A stretch of DNA of 64,000 bases from Candidatus Bathyarchaeota archaeon (GTDB lineage: Archaea; Thermoproteota; Bathyarchaeia; 40CM-2-53-6): assembly GCA_963833125.1 (NCBI GenBank), contig CAWHWX010000019.1:160001-224000 (forward strand), in the 5' to 3' direction. Under the pieces are notes generated by a model. That model ran no database searches, was not told the DNA's origin, and saw only the letters and a list, made by a program, of their open reading frames with translations. Shown piece by piece: positions 9,473 through 21,031 of this stretch (positions are counted from its first letter, which is position 1; every line of letters starts with the position of its first letter). Position numbers and translations under genes: made by a program.

Positions 9473-11073
9473 ATGTGTGCGCAACTAAATTCGCCACTTC
9501 ATGACTCCCTGCTAACTGAACTCGCCTCCAAGATAACGGAACATGACATTATCGATCCGGACAGTTTGAACAGGGCAAAGCTAGACTTTCTGTCGGGAGC
9601 ATCATCTGGGTTGGATGCCAAGGAATTCAGACATTATCAGCGCCCTCTCTCCTGACGTTCGGCAGAAGTTTTCGGAGCGTCTTCGGTTGAAAAAAGTCCG
9701 AAGCGTTTCAGGAGTGAACGTGATTGGCGTAATGAGTTCTCCCCGCGCTTGTCCTCATGGGCGGTGCGTGTTTTGCCCAATGGAGAAAGGCTTCCCTATG
9801 AGCTACACTTCCGGTGAACCGGCTGCGATGCGTGGCTTGCAATCGGATTACGATCCGTTCGTCCAAATAACAGGCCGTGTCGAGCAACTGAAGGCAATTG
9901 GGCATGAGCCCTCTAAAGTAGAACTCGTTATTCAAGGTGGAACCTTCCTAGCCTCACCATACGACTATCAGGAAGAATTCGTGAAACGTTGCCTCGACGC
10001 CCTAAACGGTGTCAACTCCCCAACCCTCAATGACGCTAAGCTTCTGGCTGAAACTAGTGAAATCAGAAATGTTGGTCTGACCATTGAAACGAAACCAGAC
10101 TGGTGCAAGCAACCCCACGTCGACCAAATGCTACGATTCGGTTGTACTCGCGTAGAAATCGGCGTGCAAATAATCGATGACACCGTCTACACGCTCACGA
10201 ACCGAGGTCACACTGTTCAAGATGTTGTGGAAGCGTTTCAAATAGCAAGAGATGCGGGGTTCAAAATCGTTGCACACATGATGCCTGGATTGCCCGGATC
10301 TGATTTCCAGAAAGATCTCGCATCGTTCAAGCTGCTCTTGTCAGACCCGCGCTTTCGCCCCGACATGATGAAGATTTACCCATGCCTCGTAATGGAAGGT
10401 ACTGAACTGTACGATTGGTGGAAAAAGGGCGAGTACCAGGCGTTTGATACGGAACAAGCGGTTGAGCTGATAGCTCAAGTGAAGGAATTCGTGCCATCAT
10501 GGGTACGGATTATGCGTGTTCATCGGGAGTTCCCAGTACAACTGATTCAAGCTGGAGTAAAAAGCGGCAACTTGCGGGAACTTGCCCTCGCTCGTCTTCG
10601 TGAGAGGGGCAAGAGATGCAGATGTATAAGATGCCGAGAGATCGGACATAGAACATTGAAAGATGGAGTTCTCGTTGAACCAGACCGGGTTGAAATGATA
10701 ACCACGGAATATCATGCGTCGGACGGACAAGAGTTCTTCATTTCGATGGAGAATTCGGACGCCGATGTTCTCGTTGGATATGTCCGACTCAGGATTCCAT
10801 CACAATATGCTTCTAGGCAGGAAGTTGACCTGTTCAACAGCCTTAGTACGGGAGCTTCACGTCTTTGGCACGGAAGTTCCTGTGGGACAACGGCGTTCTG
10901 GTGCTTGGCAGCACGCTGGCTTTGGGCGAAAGCTGATGGCAGAGGCTGAGAGAAAGGCGAGCGAGGCTGGTACGAAAAGGGTTCTTGTTTTGAGTGCTCT
11001 CGGAACCAAGCAGTACTATGAACGGTTGGGATACTCACATGTCGGCCCGTACATGGGTAAAAAGATTAACTGA
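9473..11073 (+). CDS. elp3: Elp3 tRNA U34 acetyltransferase (radical SAM + GNAT), two frameshifts
   Basis: CPHGRCVFCP, ETKPD, CRCIRCRE, VRELHVFG, WQHAGFGRKLM over ORFs 9473, 9615 and 10714. Confidence 0.92.
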
Positions 11074-11139
11074 TTTCCGGACGTAGCTAATGTCTTAAGG
11101 TGCACAGGTTTTCTTTCTCCAGACGAACTGGGGAGAACA

Positions 11140-12495
11140 TTGCCGCAAGAAGAATTGAATGGCTACATCGGGTTAGCGAATGAATTACTCTCGAAGGCGG
11201 GAGTCCAGATTGGCGACCGAATACAATTGGAACTCAAACGTCCAGGAGGGCAGGAGACGGTTGAGGGTCTGCTTATGCCACGCTACCGCACTGAATCCGA
11301 GGAAAACTACCTTGTTGTTAAACTCAAGACCGGTTATAACGTGGGAGTTAGGATCGATTCATCAACGAAAATCTCTATCCTCGGTAAGGGGCAGCAGCCA
11401 CAGTTTACGCGCCCGCCTCCACCCTCTCAAAAGCCTGGTCTTCCTAAGGTTTCGATCGTGAGCACTGGCGGCACAATTGCAAGCAAGGTTGATTATCGGA
11501 CTGGAGCAGTGAAACCTGCGCTCGATAGCGAGGATCTCTACAGCGTCGTTCCGGAGTTAGCGGACCTGGCCGAAATCGAAGCAAACATTCTCTTCTCCGT
11601 TTTCAGCGAAAACATAGGTCCGCCACAATGGCCGAAGATAGCAGAGTTCGTTGCAGATCAGGCCCGAAAGGGCGCAGACGGAGTTGTAATCGCGCATGGA
11701 ACGGATACGCTTGGATATACCGCTGCGGCCCTCAGCTTCGCGCTACCCGACCTGCCCATCCCTGTCGTATTGGTTGGCTCGCAACGCTCGTCGGATCGCC
11801 CTAGTTCAGATGCCGCTTCCAATCTAGTCGCCGCAACCGCGGTGGCGGGACAAGCGCCATTCGCCGAGGTCGTGGTTGCAATGCATGATTGGATATCGGA
11901 TGAGAAGGTTGCCGTGCATAGAGGAACAACAGTTAGGAAGTGCCACACGAGTCGACGGGATGCCTTCAGAAGTGTAAACCAAAAGCCAATCGCACATTAT
12001 GACCTCATTCACCGTACCCTCAATCTCGACGCCACACAATATAGAGAGAGGCGTAAGAGCACGTCTCTAACGGTCAAATCACAATTCGACCCTAACGTTG
12101 CACTCATCAAGTTCCATCCCGGAATTTCCGTTGGAATTATCGATTGGGCAACGGCAACCGGGTTCAAAGGCATCGTATTGGAAGGAACCGGATTGGGTCA
12201 CGTAGGCGATGCGTTGTTCTCGTCGCTGGAACGAGCGGTGAATGACGGAGTTGTCGTTGGTATGTGTTCGCAGTGCATCTGGGGCCGTGTTCATATGAAT
12301 GTCTACTCAACCGGAAGGGACCTGTTGAGAATCGGAGTTCTTCCGTTAGGGGACATGCTGTCGGAAACGGCCTTGGTAAAGATGATGTGGGCCTTCGGCC
12401 AAGAAAAGAACCCTGAGAACGTTAAGAAAATCATGACGACAAACATAGCAAACGAACTCTCGGAGAGACGCGAGTTAGAGGCACAGATAGAATGA
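11140..12495 (+). CDS. gatD: Glu-tRNA(Gln) amidotransferase subunit D
   Basis: KLKTGYNVG, STGGTIASKVDY, HGTDT, GSQRSSDRPSSD. Confidence 0.95.
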   Translation: MPQEELNGYIGLANELLSKAGVQIGDRIQLELKRPGGQETVEGLLMPRYRTESEENYLVVKLKTGYNVGVRIDSSTKISILGKGQQPQFTRPPPPSQKPGLPKVSIVSTGGTIASKVDYRTGAVKPALDSEDLYSVVPELADLAEIEANILFSVFSENIGPPQWPKIAEFVADQARKGADGVVIAHGTDTLGYTAAALSFALPDLPIPVVLVGSQRSSDRPSSDAASNLVAATAVAGQAPFAEVVVAMHDWISDEKVAVHRGTTVRKCHTSRRDAFRSVNQKPIAHYDLIHRTLNLDATQYRERRKSTSLTVKSQFDPNVALIKFHPGISVGIIDWATATGFKGIVLEGTGLGHVGDALFSSLERAVNDGVVVGMCSQCIWGRVHMNVYSTGRDLLRIGVLPLGDMLSETALVKMMWAFGQEKNPENVKKIMTTNIANELSERRELEAQIE

Positions 12496-14396
12496 GCAAC
12501 ACGGAAACCCGAGCACGCAAAGGTCAAGGTAGGTTTAGAGATTCACCGTCAACTTGACACGGATCATAAGCTCTTCTGCGGTTGCCCCACCGAATTCGCG
12601 GAATCGGAACCAGAAACGAAGTTCCTGAGAAGACTCAGGCCAACTCAAAGTGAACTCGGACAAATTGACCAAGCCGCGATGTTCGAGTTCCATCGCGGTA
12701 GAAGCATTCTCTACGAATCTGATCACCAAACCTCATGCCTCGTAGAAATGGACGAAGAACCCCCGGCGAAACTAAACCGCGAAGCCGTCGAGATCTGCGT
12801 AACCGCGGCGTTGCTGATGGGCGCGAAACCGGTGGACGAGATTCATGTAATGCGTAAGGTGGTCATAGACGGGTCAAACACGACCGGTTTTCAACGAACT
12901 GCAGTAATCGCATTGAATGGAGCATTGGAAGTTGACGGTAAGAAGATTCCGATTACTCAGATCTCACTGGAAGAGGATGCGGCGCGAAAGGCTTCGCAGT
13001 CCCAGACTGCAGCCGGTTATCTCATAGACCGGCTCGGGGTCCCGCTCATCGAAGTTACCACCGGCCCTGTGCTGGAATCGCCAGGAGAGGTTGAGAAGGT
13101 CGCTTACGCGATTGGTACTATTCTGAGAGCGACTCGCAAGGTGAAGAGAGGGCTTGGGAAGCATCAGGCAAGACCTCAATGTCTCCATTCCGGAAGGAGC
13201 TCTCATCGAAATCAAAGGAGTTCAGGAACTGGAGGTTCTGGGCAAAGCAGTCGAACTTGAGGTGAACCGCCAGCAAACATTACTCACCATCCGCAAGGAA
13301 CTATCCTCTAGAAACCTGAAACCAAACCAGATAGAGAAAAAGTACGTCAACTTCTCAGAACTCTTCTCGAAATCAGAGGCTCGGGTCATCAAAGCAGCAA
13401 TGGCCAAGGGTGGAGTAGTCTTGGCTGTAAAACTGTCCAAGTTCAAAGGCCTCCTAGGCAGAGAGCTCGCCCCAGGTTTACGTTTGGGTGCGGAACTTTC
13501 CAACCGCGCATCATTCTGGGCGGGGGTAGGAGGAATATTTCACTCAGACGAGTTACCTGCCTACGGAATATCTGAGGCCCAGGTTACTGCAATTAGGAAT
13601 CAGCTTGGTCTTGCAGAGGAAGACGCGTTTGTCCTAGTCGCTGACGACAATGTCAAGGCAAAGAGATGCGCTGGATGCAGTTGTTGACCGAGCGAACGAA
13701 GCGTTGGAAGGTGTTCCGGAAGAGACCCGTACGGCTATGCCTGACGGGACCACTCGTTACATGCGTCCACGGCCAGGCGCAGCTCGTATGTATCCAGAAA
13801 CTGATGTTCCAGAGACACCCATCCCGGAAGAATACATAGCCACGCTCAGGGTGAAACTACCAGAGACATCCGATAGAATCACGAGGCGATTGATGGATCA
13901 ATTCTCACTTAACCAAAAATTAGCAAAGCAACTGGTGGATTCTGATTATCTAAGCCTATTCGAACTGGTCGTCACAAAAGGGACGGTTCAACCCACATTT
14001 GCTGCAACATTTCTAACGGAAACGAGTAAGAGCCTTGAACGGGAGGGCGTCCCAGTACGCACTGTTCCAGACTCCAAAATAGAGGCTATGTTCCAGCTCC
14101 TGGTCAAAGGTGCGTTTTCGAAAGAAGCTATGTCTGATTTGTTAAAGTGGCAGGCTTCAAATCCAAGGGCGGATCCTTCGGAAGGGGTAAAGCATCTTGG
14201 ATTACAGATGTTGTCGCAGACGGAATTGGAGCAAGTTGTTGAACGTCACATCGAGAAGAACAAGAAACTAATCGAGACAAAGGGTCAGGGTGCTTTTGCG
14301 TCGATCATGGGATCCATCATGTCCGAAGTACGAGGGCGAACTGACCCTAAGCTTGTAACTGAGACCCTCAAGAAGAGGCTGGCGAGTGCAGCCTGA
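12492..14396 (+). CDS. gatE: Glu-tRNA(Gln) amidotransferase subunit E (three apparent frameshifts)
   Basis: ATGA overlap with gatD; KVGLEIHRQL, DGSNTTGFQRT, IRQDLNVSI, HSDELP, RPRPGAARMYPETD. Confidence 0.92.
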
Positions 14397-14397
14397 G

Positions 14398-14583
14398 GGT
14401 AACGTCAAGTTAACGGTTGTTAAGAGATTCTTCTTGTTTTCTGTTCGGAATAAGGGGGGGTGGATCCACCCCTCGAGGGGTGGTGCCAAACGGTGCCAAA
14501 CGAACGTAACCATCGCCCCATTTTACGCCCCGATCCCTCCATACGAAGCAGTTTGCAGCAGCAACCAACAAGTTGACGTTACC
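14398..14583 (+). mobile_element. MITE copy 1 (~186 bp, non-coding, IS6-like ends)
   Basis: Ends GGTAACGTCAAGTT / AAGTTGACGTTACC (14 bp, 1 mismatch); flanks AGCCTGAG / CGCCTAAG; about 90% identical to the reverse complement of 52443-52627. Confidence 0.85.
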
Positions 14584-14763
14584 CGCCTAAGATTTGGGTG
14601 TGAAGCCACCACAACGGCACCTTTTTCCGGGAAAGCGGCACCGCCATCAACAAACATGCGAGCATAGGATGGTGGCAATGGCTGGGCGGACGTCATCCAG
14701 CTGAATGGCCGATTCCAGCTGGCACTCGCTGGTTCTCAGCGGGGTTGCTGTTTGGGTGGATCT

Positions 14764-15708
14764 TTATTCGAGGAATTGAACGTCGTCTACCAGGCCGTCG
14801 CTGTTTACATCTAAGCCCGTAACGACTCGGGCGATAGTTTTCCGGTTTTCCGTGTTGCCTTTTGCGATTTCGTCAGTGTACTTGATGAACGCGAGAACAG
14901 CAGCCCTTGTGCCAAGGTAGCTGTTCCCCGCTATCACGAACATTTTTGAGTCTTGGTTGTTGGGGTTGCTGATCAATTGCACTGCCCCCTCTTCTTCGCC
15001 AGAATAGCTTCGGCCCGAGAGACGAGAGATCATCATATTGTGGCCGGTTAATTCGTATGTTATGGAGAGATATTCGTTCGCGGTCATTGTAACAGTGTTT
15101 ACCCTAGGCCCTCCAACAACGATGAGGTTCCGTGCTGATTCCTGTTGGGACAATTCAGTGTCCAAACGTACAACGCTTTCTCGAGTGACGGGGAGGAGCG
15201 ATCCTATGAATAATGCTAGGTCTGTGGCTCTGTCGCCGCAGCGGGCTCGGCTGCTGAAGATGCCATGTGCATCGGGGCTTCCCAGGACAATGTGTCCGTT
15301 GAAGTGGCCTTGCGAAATGAATGGGTCCAGCATTTTCGAGGCGGGTTCCGAGAGAGTTTCCTCGACGAGATCCCGCGAGGCTGTGCTCGATGATCCTCGT
15401 CGGGGTATGATGGCTACCGCTTTCTCCTCTGCTCGATAATACTTGGCCGTCGCACCCCTCTTCTTCTCCGTTCTCTCTAACGCCACTAAACCCGCTCTGT
15501 CGAGTTCTCTCAAATGATAACAGATCACCTGCTCGCTAGTGTGGAAAGTGTCAGCTAGGTCTTTCGCGCATTTCTCGCCATTGGACAACTCGCTCAAGAT
15601 TTTCCATCGGGTTGGCTGCAGAAGCAGTTGAGCAACTTTCGGGTCAGAGATGATTCGGGTGGGGAGGAGTCGGTTGACGCGTCTCTCCTTTAGCAATAGG
15701 TATGACAT
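14764..15708 (-). CDS. ArsR-type wHTH regulator fused to a C-terminal alpha/beta domain
   Basis: PTRWKIL..L, YHLRELDRAGLV, AKYY; C-terminal NLIVVGGPRVN and IAG...GTRAAV. Confidence 0.8.
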   Translation of the reverse strand: MSYLLLKERRVNRLLPTRIISDPKVAQLLLQPTRWKILSELSNGEKCAKDLADTFHTSEQVICYHLRELDRAGLVALERTEKKRGATAKYYRAEEKAVAIIPRRGSSSTASRDLVEETLSEPASKMLDPFISQGHFNGHIVLGSPDAHGIFSSRARCGDRATDLALFIGSLLPVTRESVVRLDTELSQQESARNLIVVGGPRVNTVTMTANEYLSITYELTGHNMMISRLSGRSYSGEEEGAVQLISNPNNQDSKMFVIAGNSYLGTRAAVLAFIKYTDEIAKGNTENRKTIARVVTGLDVNSDGLVDDVQFLE

Positions 15709-15896
15709 GGCATGTTGGCCTCGGAAGGTGCATTAATAAAGTGAAGATTTGACTATTAAACACGTTTTTGATTAATCTGCGCGCATCCTCAACCCGTACC
15801 ACCTGGAAGAGCCCTGATTCATCAACACTAAACCTAAGGAAACCTTATGACAACTGCCCTGCAACCTCGGCGAACTCTATCAGGAAACTGGAACTC

Positions 15897-17719
15897 ATGT
15901 GTGGAATATCCGGTGTCGTACAAAAGTCCGGCGACGTCGGTCCGATCCTTTACGAATCGTTGAAACGACTAGAATACCGGGGTTATGACTCGGTTGGCGT
16001 TGCAGCGATTATCACCGGAAAGATTGTCGTAAAGAAAGACAAGGGTAAGATCGACGAGGTCGAAAAAGAGCTACGAATCAGCGATTTGGGCGGGATAGTT
16101 GGGATTGGCCATACTAGATGGGCGACTCACGGGGCACCATCCCAGGAGAATGCGCACCCGCATACAGACTGCTCGGGCACGGTTGCAGTCGTTCATAATG
16201 GCATAATTGAGAATTTCTTGGACTTAAGACAGAAGTTGGAGGCTTCTGGGCACAAGTTCAAGTCAAGAACCGACACTGAAATAGTCGCACACCTCGTAGA
16301 AGAGAACCTCAAGTCAGGGGTAGGGTTTGTTGAAGCAGTTCGGCTTGCTGCGAAGAGGCTCACCGGTGCATACGCCCTCGCTCTCATATGCAGTGAGGAA
16401 CCCGACAAGATCGTGTGCGTGAGGCGGGAGAGCCCGCTCGTGATTGGCACGGGTGATAACGCAAACTACCTAGCCTCCGACATTCCCGCTTTCCTTTCAC
16501 GAACGAATCGGGCAATTCTTCTTGAAGATGATGAGATGGCGGTTCTCACGGCTAACAGTGTCAGCTTGCTAAAGGTCGAGAGTGGAGAGAAAGTCTCCAG
16601 GCAGCCCTTCGTGGTGGACTGGAGCGTTGAGACGGCTATTAAGACCGGTTTTCCTCACTTTATGTTGAAGGAGATTTACGAACAACCGCACACCGTCCGT
16701 AATGCTCTGCGAACTCATCCGATCTATCTCGATCTAATGGCCTCTGCTATCAACCGGGCGAAGCGAGTATTCTTGCTTGCATGTGGAACCTCATACCACG
16801 CATGCCTGGCTGCCAGCTACGTGTTCGCGAACCTCGCCAAGGTTCAAGTCACACCCGTTGTTGCCTCAGAATTCATAGATGGTTATGGGGTGCTAATCGA
16901 TCAGGATACCGTGGTCTTGACTGTAAGCCAATCAGGCGAAACTGCGGACACACTCACGGCGGTTCGAGGGGCAAAGGATCGTGGTGCCACAATACTTGGC
17001 GTAAGCAACGTGATGGGATCAACCTTGACTAGGCTGTCGGACGTTTATATCGGCCAAAACTCCGGTCCAGAAATGGGCGTGGCCGCTACGAAGACCTTCA
17101 CTGCCCAGTTTGCCGTCCTCATCAAGATCGCGGTGGCCCTCGCGCAGAAACGTAAAACCTTGAGCCAGAATGAATTGCAGATGCTCGAACGCGGCTTCCA
17201 CCAACTACCCGAATGGCTCTCAAAAAGCTTATCGAGCCAAAAGGAGCAGGTAAGACGGATTGTTGAAAAATACTCCGACAGAATTAGTTTTTGTTTTCTC
17301 GGCAGGGGGATCAGTGTCGCCACAGCGCTTGAAGGACGGCTGAAGCTTCTTGAACTTTCATACCTACCCGCGATTGCATATCCAGCGGGTGAGTCGAAAC
17401 ACGGGTTCATCTCGGTAGTTGAGGAAGGCTATCCGGTAATTTTCATTGCACCCATGGACGAAGCGTACTCTAAGATTATTGGGAATGTTATGGAAATGAA
17501 GGCACGGGGTGCGCAGGTAGTCAGCATAGTTGAAGAAGAGGATAAACAAATCGCAGGCTTATCGGATGAAACGATAACGACGCCTACTGGGATCCCTTCG
17601 CCACTCACGCCGATAGTCTTCATTCTTCCACTCCAACTTTTCCGTATTACATGTCGGTGAGAAAAGGATACAACCCCGACTTTCCACGAAACCTGGCGAA
17701 ATCAGTAACCGTACACTAG
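15897..17719 (+). CDS. glmS: Glutamine-fructose-6-phosphate aminotransferase (frameshift near 17643)
   Basis: MCGI start, LEYRGYDS, GHTRWATHG, SQSGETADT, ESKHG; PRNLAKSVTV* in the shifted frame. Confidence 0.95.
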
Positions 17720-17819
17720 CAAACAAGTAACAAAGAGAGGTCTGGTTCGACGAACGGCGTACTAAGCGGAAGACATGATGAACCGACTACTCGCTCTTTT
17801 TCCAAAGCCCTAGAGCTCA

Positions 17820-18149
17820 TTGATCAGTTTCGTAATTCAACGAAGTCCCAATCTGATCCAAGTCGGGATTTGCTTCTTTGGAAATGCGCAGGCTGAGGTT
17901 GAGTATTTGGCGTTTAGGATAGCGATCATTAACGACTTGAGTGATTATGATCCCCAAAGTAAGCCCGCAGAGACGCTTTCTCCTGATCATGTGCGTGACC
18001 TTATCGCCAAAGCCCAGGCAACATTGGATTCGGATCCACGTGTGGCTTACAAAAACGTCCGCGAAGCCGTCGATGTCCTGAGAAGGATGTCTAGACCGGG
18101 CGGGAGGAGCGTGAAGACCCGCCACGATTCATCACCAAAGAATGGGTAG
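17820..18149 (+). CDS. Hypothetical protein (start uncertain)
   Basis: Amphipathic helical C-terminal half; fills the gap between same-strand genes. Confidence 0.4.
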   Translation: MISFVIQRSPNLIQVGICFFGNAQAEVEYLAFRIAIINDLSDYDPQSKPAETLSPDHVRDLIAKAQATLDSDPRVAYKNVREAVDVLRRMSRPGGRSVKTRHDSSPKNG

Positions 18150-18191
18150 AAACGCTTTTCTTGGTAGATTCTTAGGCCTCACCGAAGACGG

Positions 18192-18881
18192 TTGAAGAAC
18201 AATCCCCAAAGGTTCACAGTCACTCTCGCCGGCGCAGCCGTATTCTCCGCACTTGCGGCGTTGTTGACTCTCTCCAGGGCTGCAATTCCATTCCCACTAG
18301 TCCCGTACCTCCAGATAGATTTCGCAGAACTTCCGATTTACATTGCATTTTTCCTGTTCGGGCCCGTGGCAGCCATCATAACGGAATTAGTACATTGGCT
18401 ATTTCTCAACATAACCGGCTCTGATGCGCCTTTAGGGCCAGCAATAAAATTGATTGCAGTCTTATCGACTCTCGGCGGGTTTTGGGCAGGGAGCGCTATC
18501 TACTCTCGTCTCGTGAGGGAACGGGGGCGGCCTGCCGTCTCACTCTCACTCATGTTTGGCGGGGGGATGCTTCTTCGTGTTGTGGCGATGACTATTGTGA
18601 ACTACATAGTCCTCGTGTACGTCGGGCCAGTCATTTTCGGACTCAACTACATGGCATTCGCTAGGATTACCCTCGTCCAAACGACCGGGTGGCAATTCAA
18701 CGGCGACGCTATCCTACTTTTCTGGGTGCTCGTTTTCACCGCTTTGTACAACGTGATAAACCTCCTAGCGGCCGCGATTCCCGCGGGACTAGTTGTCTCG
18801 CCTTTAACGAACTCATTCCGGCACATAACTTCGATTGACACTTGGCTCATGAGGAATGTAAAAGCTAAACCTTCCAGCTAA
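18192..18881 (+). CDS. ECF transporter S component
   Basis: AAVFSALA, PYLQIDFAELP, FGPVAA; about 6 TM segments. Confidence 0.8.
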   Translation: MKNNPQRFTVTLAGAAVFSALAALLTLSRAAIPFPLVPYLQIDFAELPIYIAFFLFGPVAAIITELVHWLFLNITGSDAPLGPAIKLIAVLSTLGGFWAGSAIYSRLVRERGRPAVSLSLMFGGGMLLRVVAMTIVNYIVLVYVGPVIFGLNYMAFARITLVQTTGWQFNGDAILLFWVLVFTALYNVINLLAAAIPAGLVVSPLTNSFRHITSIDTWLMRNVKAKPSS

Positions 18882-20189
18882 CTTGCCCAAACCTCGGAGC
18901 GGTATATCGTCGCGTCGCGGGCTTCGCCTACCGATATTATTTTCACTGGCGATTTCGTGATCTCTTCAATTTTCTTGACGTAGTCTCGCGCCTGCGAGGG
19001 CAAGGAATCGTAGCCTTTCTTTGCTATAGCAGCCCACTCAGAATCAGATAGGTCCGGCCATCCTTTCATCTCCTCGTAGACAGGTTTGCAGTTCGAATAC
19101 TCACGCAGGCTTGCCGGTTGATCTCGCACGATTCTTCCTTCCATCTTGTATTCTACACATATCTTGACGGGGTCGAATCCGCCGAGAGTATCCATCTTCG
19201 TGAGAGCTATCGCAGTGAGACCGTTTACTCTTGCAGCTAGTCTTAGCGCCACTGCGTCGATCCATCCACACCTTCGTCTACGTCCCGTTACCGTTCCGAA
19301 TTCCTTTCCTTTCTCTTGAAGTTTCGACCCTAAATCGTCAGTCAGCTCAGTTGGCACTGGTCCCGCTCCGACGCACGAAGTATATGCCTTGACTACTCCT
19401 AACGTATCGTTGATCTTAGTCGGTCCGATTCCTGCTCCCGTACAGACGCCTCCGGCCACCGTGTTTGACGATGTTCCAAACGGATACACTCCATGGTCAA
19501 TATCCAGTAAGAGCCCTTGGGCACCTTCGAAGAGAATCCGTTTACCTTCGTCCAAGGCGTCGTTCAAAAGGACCGAAGTGTCAGTAATGTATTGTCGGAG
19601 ATCACTGACCAAATCTTACACAACCTTCGAACAGTTCCCTTTCATTGATTTGGGCGTCTGACTCGTAGACTGATTTTAGCGTTCTTTGCTTGAGGATAGT
19701 GTTTTGAGAGATTTTCTGTTTCAGGAGTTCTGGATCTAGCAGATCGGCCGTCCTGATCCCGTACCTCGCCACCTTGTCAGTATACGTGGGGCCGATCCCG
19801 CGTAAGGTTGTTCCCGACCGAAGGGCACCTTTGAACTTCTCTTCAGCCGCATCCAACATTTGATGGTAACTAAGAGTAATGTGCGCTCGGTCGCTTAGGG
19901 CCAGGTCAGGCTTGTAACCCTTAGCCGTTAGATCCGAGATCTCCTTTAGCAACACGGACGGATCCACGACCACCCCGTTGGCAATCACCAACTTCTTGCG
20001 ATGTAACACGCCTGAGGGCAGAAGCCTTAGTTTGTAAATTTCCCCGCCAACATTGATGGTGTGGCCTGCGTTGCTACCGCCCTGGTAGCGGGCTACGTAA
20101 TCTGCTTGGGAAGAGAGATAGTCTACGATCTTCCCTTTACCTTCATCTCCCCATTGGCAGCCGACTACGATTAGGCTAGGCAATTCCAA
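18878..20189 (-). CDS. purA: Adenylosuccinate synthetase (frameshift near 19610)
   Basis: QWGDEGKGK, GGSNAGHT, EGAQG, EFGTVTGRRRRCGW. Confidence 0.95.
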
Positions 20190-20639
20190 TGCTCCTAGGA
20201 AAGCGAAAAGAGGTCCCTGTGAATTCGTTTAGGTCGGACGCAACCAAGAAGATCGGAGTTTGCGGTGCGCCCACTCAGTTTCCCCATCAATGCCGTCGAA
20301 AACTGAATTTAAACTTTAGCAGCGAAACAAATGTTTGGGAACAAAGGACGACGGCCGCATCGAATATTGCGACGGGCGATGAAAAAAGAATCAGTCTGCC
20401 CGTCGAAAGCGTCATCGTGCCGGCTGAATGGCACTCCGTACTTAAAGGATTCATCATCCAAGTCTTTGAGGTTAACGAGGCTACCGATAATGCTTTCGGG
20501 CCAAAAACCTGCGATGCGCATCGCTCTTCCAGAAATTCGTTGGCCTTTCGGGAGAGTATCCCGAGCTTGGTCTGCGAGTAGGTGCATGTGTGATGTCCCC
20601 AACAATCCGTCAAACCTTACTTGAGCGGAGTGGGTGGCT

Positions 20640-20927
20640 TCACTTCAGTTCCTGCAGCCTGTCTTCCTCAATTTTGCGCAGGATCGCCAAACCCAGGGGG
20701 GTTAATGAGATAGCTTTACGATCTTCTATCTCTCTGACTTCGATGAACCCTTGTGCTTGTAGCAGTTGGACCGTTGAGGGTATGTTCTCAGAGGGTTCGA
20801 TGGTCAATTCAGCTCTCAGCTGATCCTCGTATACCGCATTCGCACCGATGCCCTTGAGTTTCCATATGGTTTGAAGTGTTGTCTCCTGGAGTTCTGAGAG
20901 GCCGTTGTCTTGGGGCATGGTTTTCAT
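20640..20927 (-). CDS. Small winged-helix protein
   Basis: L.AQGFIE...ISLTPLG wing motif. Confidence 0.6.
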   Translation of the reverse strand: MKTMPQDNGLSELQETTLQTIWKLKGIGANAVYEDQLRAELTIEPSENIPSTVQLLQAQGFIEVREIEDRKAISLTPLGLAILRKIEEDRLQELK

Positions 20928-21031
20928 CGATTTCTATCGGAGATATATCCATCTTCGATATGAAACTTCGGTGTGTGGAAAACGGAACATTAATATACCG
21001 TCCGCCGTGCCATAACATCGTTGAACTTTAC

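Noticed and set aside
12481-12550. gatE N-terminal motif (KVGLEIH) is in frame with gatD after a TGA, suggesting readthrough, Sec or a fusion
   Set aside because: A standard ATGA overlap gives a start at 12492, and removing one C from the CCC run restores the frame; indel errors are frequent here
14480-14502. GGTGCCAAAC tandem and palindrome as a CRISPR repeat
   Set aside because: No spacers, only two adjacent units, internal to the MITE and no cas genes
14268-14667. ORFs sharing the peptide NLLTTVN with ORF 52455-52667
   Set aside because: By-product of the MITE repeat; frames are not conserved between copies and there is no transposase motif
15768-15896. N-terminal extension of GlmS in the ORF track
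   Set aside because: GlmS needs the N-terminal catalytic Cys, so the start is MCG at 15897
20189-20624. Four overlapping 97-130 aa ORFs between purA and the wHTH gene
   Set aside because: No recognisable motif and no basis to choose a frame
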